Of a stretch of DNA of 37,688 bases, positions 23,672 through 32,537 are shown piece after piece (within the stretch, counting starts at the first letter, position 1; each line of letters begins with the position of its first letter). The notes beneath the pieces are model-generated. The model ran no database searches. It saw only the letters and a program-made list of their open reading frames with translations, and had not been told where the DNA came from. Origin of the DNA: Verrucomicrobiota bacterium (lineage in GTDB: Bacteria; Verrucomicrobiota; Verrucomicrobiia; Limisphaerales; AV2); contig QHOP01000093.1 of NCBI GenBank assembly GCA_003219345.1, forward strand, positions 1 to 37,688, written 5' to 3'. A program made the position numbers and the translations under genes.

Positions 23672-26600
23672 ATGATTGGTTTTATCATAAAAAAAATAAT
23701 CGGATCGAAGAACGACCGGGAAGTCCGGCGGCTGCGCCCGTTGGTTGCCAAGATCAACGAGATCGAAATGTCGCTGCAGTCATTGCCGGAAGAGGTGTTG
23801 CGCGAAAAGACAGCGGCCTGGAAAGAGCGCCTTTCCAAAATCGAAGACGACGCCGAACTGGCCGCGGCGCTGGACGAAATCCTGCCCGAAGCGTTCGCGG
23901 TCGTGAAAAACGCCTGCCGCCGGCTTTGGGGAACAGAGATAACCGTGCGCGGCCATCCGTCGAAGTGGGAGATGATCCCGTTCGATGTCCAGCTCATCGG
24001 TGGTTATGCGCTGCACTCCGGGCGGATCGCGGAAATGGCGACCGGCGAAGGCAAAACGCTGGTTATCTCGCCGCGCGTGACAGCGAGTGGATGGGTGCGG
24101 TTTACAAGATGGTAGGGTTGACCGTGGGATGCATTCTGCACGACCAGCCGCCGTCCGTGCGACGCGAGCAATACAGCCGCGACATCACCTACGGCACGAA
24201 CGCGGAGTTCGGTTTCGATTACCTGCGCGACAACGGGATGGCCACGAGCAAAGAGGAGCAGGTGCAGCGCGGCCATTACTACGCCATCGTGGACGAGGTG
24301 GACTCGATTCTCATTGATGAAGCACGTGTTCCGCTGATCATCAGCGGGCCCGCGGTGGTGGCGTATGATGACCAATACGGGAAATTTAAACCTGCCGTTG
24401 AATCGCTCGTCCACGCTCAGGAAAGGCTCTGCAGCCGTTTTCTCTCGGAAGCTGAAGAGTTGATGAGAAAACTGAGTCCCGCCGACGGCTCGGCGCCCGG
24501 CAACCCCGAATCGCTCGAGCGCGAAGCCGGTCTGCTGCTTTACCGTGTCAAGATGGGCCAGCCGAGGTCCGATGGGCTGTTGAAATTGCTTGAAGACCCG
24601 GAAAATCTCCGGTTGATGAACAAGGCGGAGTTGGAATTGCACGCTGACCAGTCGAAGAAGGAACTTTACGCGCAGAAGGAGGAACTCTTCTTCGCGATGG
24701 ACGAAAAGAGCCACGACGCCGATCTGACGGAGAAAGGACGCAATTTTCTCAGCCCCAAAGACCCGGACGCGTTTGTGTTGCCGGACCTGACGCTGGTTTT
24801 CCACGACATCGATGCGAGGACTGAACTGGACGCGCGCCAGCGCATGGAAATGAAGGCGAAGATTCAGGCCGAGTTCGAAGCGCGCGCGCAGCAGATTCAC
24901 TGTATCGCGCAATTGCTCAAGGCCTACTGCCTTTATCAGAAGGACGTGCAGTATGTGCTGCAGGACAACAAGGTCATCATCGTGGACGAGAACACCGGCC
25001 GTTTGATGACCGGTCGGCGTTGGAGCGATGGCTTGCATCAGGCGGTCGAAGCGAAGGAAGGCGTCGAAATCGAGCGCGAAACGCAGACGCTGGCGACCAT
25101 CACGATTCAAAATTATTTCCGCCTTTACCAGAAGCTCGCCGGCATGACCGGCACCGCCGAGACCGAGGCGCAGGAATTTTACGACATCTACAAGCTCGGC
25201 GTGCTGGTTATTCCGACCAATAAACCGGTCGCGCGCAAAGACGCGAACGATGCCGTCTATAAGACCAAGCGCGAGAAATACAGCGCGGTGCTCGGGGAGA
25301 TTCAAGACGTGCACGCGCAGGGCCGACCTATTCTCGTCGGCACCATTTCCGTCGAGGTCAGCGAGCACCTTTCGCGGATGCTGAAACGGACGGGAATCAT
25401 CCACTCCGTGCTGAACGCAAAGTATCACCAGCAGGAAGCGGAAATCGTCGCGCGCGCCGGCCAGCGCGGCTCGGTTACCATCGCGACGAACATGGCGGGC
25501 CGTGGCACGGACATCAAACTGGGCACTGGCGTAGCCGAAGTCGGCGGATTGCACGTCATCGGCACGGAGCGTCACGAAGCCCGCCGTATTGACCGCCAGT
25601 TGCGCGGACGTTGCGCGCGCCAGGGCGACCCCGGCTCGTCCCATTTCTTCATTTCGCTCGAAGACGATCTAATGCGGTTGTTCGGTTCGGACCGGATTGT
25701 GAAAGTGATGGAGCGGGTCGGCCTCGAAGAAGGCCAGGAGCTGACGCATCCGCTGTTAAACCGCTCCATTCAGCAAGCGCAAAAGCGCGTCGAGCAGCAC
25801 AACTTTCAGCGGCGCAAGCACACGCTCGAATACGACGACGTGATGAACAAGCAGCGGGAGGTCATCTACGGCTTCCGCAATGAAATCATCCACGGCGAAG
25901 ATGTGCGCGACCGGCTGATGGACATCATGGAGGAGGTCGTGCTGCAAAAGGTCGAGGAATTCACCGCGCGCGACGCCGAGGTGAGCGAGTGGGAGGTGCG
26001 GGGTCTGGCCGATTGGGTGAACCTGACGTTCCCCCTTGGCATGCCCGAGAGCGAAGTCGTCAAGGCGGCCAGGAGCGGTCAGGAGGAACCGGTGCGCGGC
26101 TCGATGTTCGCCCACTTGAGTCCCGCGCAGTTCGCTGTCTGCCAGTTCATCGCGGAGAGCGTGCGCAAGGCTTACGAGCTGAAAATCAGCTTTGAAAATC
26201 CGGAGCAGCTCAAAACCGTCGAACGTTACACGATTCTCAGCGCGATTGACCGCCTGTGGCAGGAGCATCTCTACGGCATGGACAGTCTGCGGAACAGCAT
26301 TGGCCTGCGGCAGTATGGCCAGCGCGACCCGCTCATCGAATACAAGGCCGAGGCGTTCAAGGTGTTTGATGAACTGATGGTCAACATCAAGACGGAGATT
26401 TGCCACAACATCTTCCGCAGCGCGTCGAGCCTGATGGCGTTCGAGCAGTTCCTGCGCAGCGTGCCGCAGAAGACGATGCACCAATCCACCAGCGCCTTCG
26501 GCGGAAACGAGCCGGCGAGCGACTCGGCGCCTCCCAAGGGGAGTGAAATGGTCAGCGAAGCGATGGCCGCGACGGAGAAGGCCAAGCCGGTCCGCACCGG

Positions 26601-26679
26601 ACCGAAAGTCGGACGCAACGATCCGTGCCCGTGCGGCAGCGGCAGGAAGTACAAGCATTGCTGCGGGAAGAACGCTTGA
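23672..26679 (+). pseudogene. secA: Preprotein translocase ATPase SecA, interrupted by a deletion plus frameshift just after Walker A
   Basis: Frame 1 (23672..24115): [21 protein letters not shown]...[28 protein letters not shown], then out-of-frame residues and a TAG. Frame 2 (from ~24061): [22 protein letters not shown]...DEVDSILIDEARVPLIISG...TNMAGRGTDI...GRNDPCPCGSGRKYKHCCG. The conserved [21 protein letters not shown] block is absent. Confidence 0.85.
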
Positions 26680-26747
26680 GCAGGAGTTGAACTGCAAAAC
26701 CGATTTTGCGGTTGCTCACTCTACCGGCCGGCTGATAGGAACAGCGC

Positions 26748-27857
26748 ATGTTTGTGCTTCTTTTTTTGGCGGCCTGCTTCCTGGCGTACTCCAACGGCGC
26801 GAATGACAACTTCAAAGGGGTCGCGTCGCTCTTTAGCAGTAAGACATGCAATTACAGGACCGCGATTGGGTGGGCCACGGTCACGACGTTCGGCGGTTCT
26901 GTCTGCTCCATTTTTCTCGCGCGATCGCTGTTGAAAAAATTCTCCGGCCAGGGCTTTGTCCCTGACGCGGTTGTCGGCTCGGAATATTTTGTTTTGGCAG
27001 TGGCCGTCGGCACCGGCCTCACCGTCATTTTGGCTGCGGTCACCGGGTTTCCGGTCTCGACGACGCATGGATTAATAGGCGCGATCATCGGCAGCGGCCT
27101 GATCACGGTTGGCGCGCAAGTGAACTTTGGATTTCTGAGGGAGAGTTTTTTTCTCCCGCTCTTGCTCAGCCCCATTCTGGCTGTCGTTCTGTCACCGCTG
27201 CTTTACATCTTCTTTCGGCTCGTTCGACTTCGTCTGGGTATCACCAAAGAATGGTGCGTTTGTGCGGGCCGGAAACAAGAGGTCATTCCCATTCCTCAGC
27301 CGTCGGTGATGGCAATGCCAACCGCCCCGATGGTGAGCTTGTCGGTGGACAAAGCAGCCGCCTGTGCGGAGCGTTACGTGGGGACTTACCTGGGCATTAA
27401 TTGCCAGAAGGCCATGGAGGCGGCGCATTTCCTCAGCGCCGGCGCGGTAAGTTTTGCACGTGGACTGAACGACACGCCCAAGATTGCCGCGCTGCTGCTC
27501 CTGGTCAAGGCGATGGATATTCGCTGGGGCATGGCTGCCGTGGCTGCGGCCATCGCCATCGGCGGGCTGGTCAACGCGAAGAAAGTGGCGGAGACGATGA
27601 GTCACAAGATTACCGGAATGAACGCCGGTCAGGGATTCGCCGCGAACCTCTCAACGAGCATTTTGGTGATTTTGGCGAGCCTGATTGGTTTGCCGGTTTC
27701 CACGACGCACGTTTCAGTCGGTTCACTTTTCGGCATCGGGATGGCAACGCGCCAGGCAAACATTCGTGTGGTCAATGGGATTTTGCTGTCGTGGGTGCTG
27801 ACGATTCCGTGCGCGGCGCTCATGAGTGGATTGGTCTATTGTCTGGTGCGCCGCTGA
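26748..27857 (+). CDS. PiT-family inorganic phosphate (or sulfate) transporter
   Basis: PHO4 signature repeated at both ends: AYSNGANDNFKGVA... and FARGLNDTPKIAA...GLPVSTTHVSVGSLFG. About 10 hydrophobic helices. Confidence 0.85.
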   Translation: MFVLLFLAACFLAYSNGANDNFKGVASLFSSKTCNYRTAIGWATVTTFGGSVCSIFLARSLLKKFSGQGFVPDAVVGSEYFVLAVAVGTGLTVILAAVTGFPVSTTHGLIGAIIGSGLITVGAQVNFGFLRESFFLPLLLSPILAVVLSPLLYIFFRLVRLRLGITKEWCVCAGRKQEVIPIPQPSVMAMPTAPMVSLSVDKAAACAERYVGTYLGINCQKAMEAAHFLSAGAVSFARGLNDTPKIAALLLLVKAMDIRWGMAAVAAAIAIGGLVNAKKVAETMSHKITGMNAGQGFAANLSTSILVILASLIGLPVSTTHVSVGSLFGIGMATRQANIRVVNGILLSWVLTIPCAALMSGLVYCLVRR

Positions 27858-28072
27858 TAAAGCGCCGGGTCAAGCAGCAGTACCTGGCGATCAACGGCAC
27901 AATGTCAATTCTGCGCGTTTTGAACGTTAAAACGGGGTTTTTCAGGAAAAATTCGAACGCAGGTGAAAATTGGGCGCAATTCAGCTCCGGCTTGATTTGA
28001 ACGCGGCTGATGAAACGCTGTCTATTGAATGTCAGCAGTGCTGACAACCGAACCAAACGAAAGGAATACACC

Positions 28073-28417
28073 ATGAGAATGCAAAAGTCATTGGCGTTGG
28101 TTGCTGGAGTGGCGGCGGTGTTATTGGTCGCGAGCGCGGTGCGCAGCTTCGCGGCGGATCGAGCCGTGACCATCACCGGCGAGGGCAAGTGCGCCAAGTG
28201 CGCCTTGAAAGAGGCCAAAGAGTGCCAGAACGTTATCCAGGTGACAAAGGATGACAAGACGGTGAACTACTGGTTGGTCGCGAATGACGTGAGCAAGGAG
28301 TTCCACGGCAAACTGTGCAGAGAGACCAAAAAGGTCACCGCCACCGGCACGGTCAAAGAGGTGGACGGCAAACTGCAACTGACGGCCACCAAGATCGAGT
28401 TGGCGGAGAAAGAATAA
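28073..28417 (+). CDS. Small secreted Cys/Lys-rich protein of unknown function
   Basis: AAGGAA Shine-Dalgarno 7 nt upstream. Signal peptide MRMQKSLALVAGVAAVLLVASAVRSFA. Mature part has GEGKCAKCALKEAKECQN and KLCRETKK. Terminator follows. Confidence 0.65.
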   Translation: MRMQKSLALVAGVAAVLLVASAVRSFAADRAVTITGEGKCAKCALKEAKECQNVIQVTKDDKTVNYWLVANDVSKEFHGKLCRETKKVTATGTVKEVDGKLQLTATKIELAEKE

Positions 28418-28434
28418 TCGAACAAGAAAAGGAC

Positions 28435-28483
28435 CCGCCCGCAGTTCGGACCGGATCGGTCGAGCTGCGGGCGGTTTGTTTTT
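28435..28483. terminator. Bidirectional intrinsic terminator between convergent genes
   Basis: Stem ccgcccgcag (28435-28444) / ctgcgggcgg (28465-28474), then tttgttttt. On the opposite strand the stem is followed by ttttcttgtt. Confidence 0.75.
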
Positions 28484-28576
28484 GAGAGAGGAGTTCGTGC
28501 TGCGGATTTTATTGCGGAGCTGCGCTCATTGCGCGCGACATTGGCGGTGAGCTTTTGAAATCCTGCCGTTCGGGAT

Positions 28577-29230
28577 TCAAGCGCCTGGTTTTGGATTTCC
28601 CGGCGGCTGTTGGCCGATTTGCCAGCGCGACGTCATCCCGTGAGCGGCCAATCCCATCACAATCCCGAAAATGCAAATCCCCAGCTCGAGCCCCGCGGCC
28701 ATCGCCACGGCCCAAATCCAGCGGCTTTTCGTGACTTCCCCCAGCATGGCCACGAACATCACGCCGAAGGTCATTCCATTGCTGAAATGATACGCCCAGC
28801 CTGTCAAATGAGCGGCCAGCGCATAATGGGTTTGTGCAGCAGTCTGCCCCAGGATCATCGCGCCAAACGCGGGAAAGACTTTGAAGAGATTCAACGGCGC
28901 AACCATCGAGTCGATCCCCCACGTCGTTGCGAAGACAAAGGGCAGACGAAACAGGTCATAAGCGAGGGCCGCAAGCAGACCCGATGCGACGCCGATCCCT
29001 ACGCCGCGCCAGAGTTGTCTGTCGCCATGAATTAAATCGGCAAGGGAAAGCGCGGCGAGTCCGGCCAGTGCCGGCAGGAAGATGAACAGCGTGAACTCAC
29101 GCATCGGGCAGAGTCGGTAGAAATCGGCAAGGAGGCAAGCGATGGAGGTTGCTGCCAGGATGAAGGCAATCGAGCGCCCCGTTCGAGACCATAAATTCCA
29201 GGGCCGCCGGTTAAAACTCTTCGCCTGCAT
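28577..29230 (-). CDS. Polytopic membrane protein of unknown function
   Basis: 217 aa with 5-6 hydrophobic helices and His-rich loops (HYALAAHLTGWAYHFSNG). Last gene of the co-oriented LOX block. Confidence 0.6.
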   Translation of the reverse strand: MQAKSFNRRPWNLWSRTGRSIAFILAATSIACLLADFYRLCPMREFTLFIFLPALAGLAALSLADLIHGDRQLWRGVGIGVASGLLAALAYDLFRLPFVFATTWGIDSMVAPLNLFKVFPAFGAMILGQTAAQTHYALAAHLTGWAYHFSNGMTFGVMFVAMLGEVTKSRWIWAVAMAAGLELGICIFGIVMGLAAHGMTSRWQIGQQPPGNPKPGA

Positions 29231-29413
29231 GATGTAAAGATGAAGCCAGGATAAACCGGAGAGCGCGGCATAGCCAGTTTGGTTCTTTACTCTCCGACAA
29301 CCGCGAAGCGACTTTTCCGGAACAGAGCATTGACATTTGCATCGGACCTACACCCCGCAATACTCGAGCCCAATAAATCCCGGAGTCTGGTCGAACCTGA
29401 CCACCATTGCAAC

Positions 29414-30745
29414 TCATGGCAGAATTTGGACGCCAAAGGGAGCGAACCGTGAACGTCCATCAATCTGCACTTGGGCGAAGAGCCGAACAAATCCGGGTTG
29501 TAACGCAAAAATCTGAAAAAGCAGCTCCGGCCCGCCGCGTGCAGACGGGTTCAAGACCGGCGGACCCGTCGGATGCATGTGCAGCACGGTCTTGTAGTCT
29601 TCGCTGAAGCCGACGATGTGAGCAAAAGTTGCCATGATCGGCTCCAGTTGGGTGAAGCCTTTTCCGTCTGCGGTGGTGATCCGCAGCCTGGCAACCGCAG
29701 GCCTCCCAACCTTGAGTTGGTTTTGGTCGAGGAACAATTCATAATTCAGTCCGTCCACAATGGCTTTGAACTTGACGGCGCGATCCGTCAGCGGTTGGCC
29801 CGTCGTGAGCGAAGGAATGTCCGTCATCGCGTATAGCTGCAGCCCGAGCGGGTACGGTCGCAAGTCCGCCCAAACGCGGTAGCCGCCCGGTTTTCGGGGA
29901 GTAAAACTGAAGACGTACTCACCGGGCGTGCCCGTTGGCTGCGGGTGTTCGTGGTGATAATCCGTCAAGCTCGAATCGATGATGAGCAGATGTATTTTCT
30001 GAGAATGGGTTTCAATGAGATCGGCAGGCAGCATCGATTGTCCGGTTACCCTTTCCAGCCGGAGAAACACTGTGACCGCCTGACCCGCCGCCAGGGGACC
30101 GGCGGTCCGGACCGATGCGCGAACCGTTTGCTGCATCGCCAAAGCAGTGCCGGAGTCGGCCGGGAGGACTCTAACCAGTTGATCCAGTTCCATGCCACAT
30201 TTTGGGCAGAGTGCCGTCTGCTTCCCGGTGACATTCGGGTGCATCGGACACCTGTATCGGTAGGCGAGTGTCTGCGCCGAGGTCCTTATGCTTTCAGTGA
30301 AATAGGCCCTGACCTTATAGAACAACGCCAAAACGTTCCGAAGCTCCGCTTCCGACTGGGCCTGCTTCATTCTGTCTGCCTGGCCGTGCAGTGCGGAAAC
30401 AGCCTGGCCAAGCGCCGTCAAATCCGCTTTAAACGCGCCGGCGTGTTCCCGGCCTTCGGTGTTGGCATTGGCCAGCAGCCCGTTCAACGCCACGCCCAGA
30501 ATCGTATCTTCGTTGTGAATCGAACCAAGGTCTTTCGTCTTTACGTAGTGCTCAAGCCGGTTAACGACCTGCAGCAACATCGCCAGCGCTTCAACCGAAG
30601 ACGACAACGGAGGTGCTGGCATAACGGTGTTTGTGCCGGGGACATTCTGTGTCTGCGCGGCTTCGGCTCCGCGCACAACGCACATCCCGAGCACGAATGA
30701 CCAGATGATTGGTTTCGCACTTACTCGGCGGACGAATCGTTTCAT
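29414..30745 (-). CDS. Secreted heavy-metal-binding-domain (HMBD) protein with two C-terminal beta-sandwich-like repeats
   Basis: Signal peptide. Helical N-terminal region. HMBD motif YRCPMHPNVTGKQTALCPKCGMEL. Two repeats, each with an H.HP motif (DYHHEHPQP...GGYRVWADL and VLHMHPTGP...GFVRLFAQVQIDG). Confidence 0.75.
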   Translation of the reverse strand: MKRFVRRVSAKPIIWSFVLGMCVVRGAEAAQTQNVPGTNTVMPAPPLSSSVEALAMLLQVVNRLEHYVKTKDLGSIHNEDTILGVALNGLLANANTEGREHAGAFKADLTALGQAVSALHGQADRMKQAQSEAELRNVLALFYKVRAYFTESIRTSAQTLAYRYRCPMHPNVTGKQTALCPKCGMELDQLVRVLPADSGTALAMQQTVRASVRTAGPLAAGQAVTVFLRLERVTGQSMLPADLIETHSQKIHLLIIDSSLTDYHHEHPQPTGTPGEYVFSFTPRKPGGYRVWADLRPYPLGLQLYAMTDIPSLTTGQPLTDRAVKFKAIVDGLNYELFLDQNQLKVGRPAVARLRITTADGKGFTQLEPIMATFAHIVGFSEDYKTVLHMHPTGPPVLNPSARGGPELLFQIFALQPGFVRLFAQVQIDGRSRFAPFGVQILP

Positions 30746-30987
30746 GCGTTGAGCCAGTAGTCGGGTTGCAGTTTCATCAGTTAGTTAAGCCGATCAAGCA
30801 CAGGGAATATAGTTCATATTTCCGCAACGGTGTCCTGGTCATCCTGGTGAAAAGATTGTTTGTCGACGTTTGCCTTGCGACCTTAACGCGATACTGCCAG
30901 TCGATCTGCCTCGGGGTGCACGGCTGAAATGGCGACGACGCGGTCTGCGGCCGGAAATTCTCCGGAGTTTGGCTTCTTCCGGTCGAT

Positions 30988-31950
30988 TCAAAACCGCCAG
31001 TTCACCGCGGCACGCACGCGATAATCCGGGACGCTTTGCAGCGCGGTGTTGTCGATGCTCATCGGCAGGTCCGCTCCAACCTCCGCGCTTAGACGCTCAC
31101 CCCACGTAACGCTGATTTGCGGGCCGAGAAAGACCGAGGTGATGCCGGTGTCGTCAGCTTTCGCCCCCTGAAACGTGTCGCGGCCCTTGCTTTCCCCGGA
31201 GACGTTGAGTTGAAGGGCGACGGTGTCGTTTTCGTTTAACGAGAGGTAAACGCCTGGCCCGCCCCACCAGGTCAAATCGTTGGCGTACTGATAATCGAAG
31301 TCGCCTTTCGTGCGAATCGTGTACTGGGCGTTAACGGTAAGGAACGAGCGATGGCGGCGTGCAAAAATGCCGGTGCCAACGATGCCATCGACCGAGCCGC
31401 TGCCGAGCGCCAGGTCGTGCCCGTGAATGCCGCTTTCCGCTGCGCCAGGCGGGGGCGGCGGCGCGGTCAATTCATCCTGCTCCTCCTTCAATCGGTCGCT
31501 GCGGCCGGTCGGGAATTTCACCCCGGCGTGCAGGGTCCACGCGAACGTGTCGTTTTTCGTTGCCTGGCGATACGCCAAAAAGTTCGCGACGAGTGAAACG
31601 TCGCCGACGCCTGATTCTGTGCCGTGCTCGACTCGACCGGAATCGTCGGCGCGTTGAAACGAGCGATAGATGATTGGCAGGTTGATTTGCACTCCGAAAC
31701 GGTCGGTGAAGTTATAGCCGGCGAAGAGTTGTGAGATCGAACTATCCAGATGCTGGTTGAGGGAGTTGGGCACTTGGCGGCCGTCCTCCTGCAACGTGCC
31801 GTAATGCGTGACCTGTTCCGCCACGCCCAGAGTGAACCCTTTGTTAACTTCCCCGCGCGCCTGCATCGCGGAATAGACCGAGCACAAATCGCAGGCTGTC
31901 GCCGGCGCCGCCACGACACCGGCCAAAACAGACAAACTCAAAATTTTCAT
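30988..31950 (-). CDS. Outer-membrane beta-barrel protein (MetA-pathway/transporter-like family) with an N-terminal CxxC
   Basis: Signal peptide MKILSLSVLAGVVAAPATA, then CDLCSVY. Alternating-hydrophobic strands and terminal ...RAAVNWRF with an aromatic C-terminus. Confidence 0.65.
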   Translation of the reverse strand: MKILSLSVLAGVVAAPATACDLCSVYSAMQARGEVNKGFTLGVAEQVTHYGTLQEDGRQVPNSLNQHLDSSISQLFAGYNFTDRFGVQINLPIIYRSFQRADDSGRVEHGTESGVGDVSLVANFLAYRQATKNDTFAWTLHAGVKFPTGRSDRLKEEQDELTAPPPPPGAAESGIHGHDLALGSGSVDGIVGTGIFARRHRSFLTVNAQYTIRTKGDFDYQYANDLTWWGGPGVYLSLNENDTVALQLNVSGESKGRDTFQGAKADDTGITSVFLGPQISVTWGERLSAEVGADLPMSIDNTALQSVPDYRVRAAVNWRF

Positions 31951-32053
31951 TCAGAAACTCCACGATTGCGAGGAAGCCAAAGGCTTCGCTCAAGATGAGC
32001 GGAACAGAATGTGGGTGCCGCCCCCACGGCGACGCCCGGACAAAAGAAGTGCC

Positions 32054-32432
32054 TTAACCGTGGAGATTTCGCGGCGGAGGAGTGGGAGGGGTTTCGCTAC
32101 GCGCGCCAGCCGAGTGTGGCGGAAAGAATTGAAGAGTATCGCGAGCGGGCGGAAAGATACCGACCGGCGAAGACGCCAGGAAGAAGTCGAGTTTGGTCTG
32201 CAGTTTTTGTGTCTCCTGCTTTTGCTCGGACTTCTTTCCCTGGGCGACGAATTTGCAAATCGGGCAGGGATGCTTGCCATCGAACGTTTTGACCAGCGCT
32301 TCCTTGAACGGGTCGGCTTGCGAATAACCCGCTACCATCGTCACCCAAGCGACGGATTGAAGGATAGCCCAATGCCCGCCCAGCACGAAGGTGAGCGTCA
32401 CGACTGTCAACCATTTGAGCAGCCTCGATGAC
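32054..32432 (-). CDS. Small membrane protein with a CPxC motif
   Basis: The ORF 32054..32647 overlaps the LOX gene 3' end, so it is trimmed to the GTG at 32432. LKWLTVVTLTFVLGGHWAILQSVAWVTMVAGY helix, then DGKHPCPICKFVAQGKK. The start codon is uncertain. Confidence 0.45.
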
Positions 32433-32537
32433 ACGGCAAACAAACTATGGTCCGAACCGCGCGCGTCAATGGAAAACTGGCGCCGTATCCTGTGCACTGG
32501 TCCACTCACAGCGGCAGGCGTAGAGGCACATTCGTCC

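Noticed and set aside
24004-26697. Long minus-strand ORFs (546 aa and 313 aa) antisense to secA
   Set aside because: They have no motifs, and secA homology on the plus strand explains the whole interval.
28030-28046. Perfect palindrome tgtcagca-g-tgctgaca 27 nt upstream of the small Cys-rich protein gene
   Set aside because: It could be an operator, but it is a single occurrence with no matching half-sites elsewhere in the window and no adjacent regulator. That is too weak to call.
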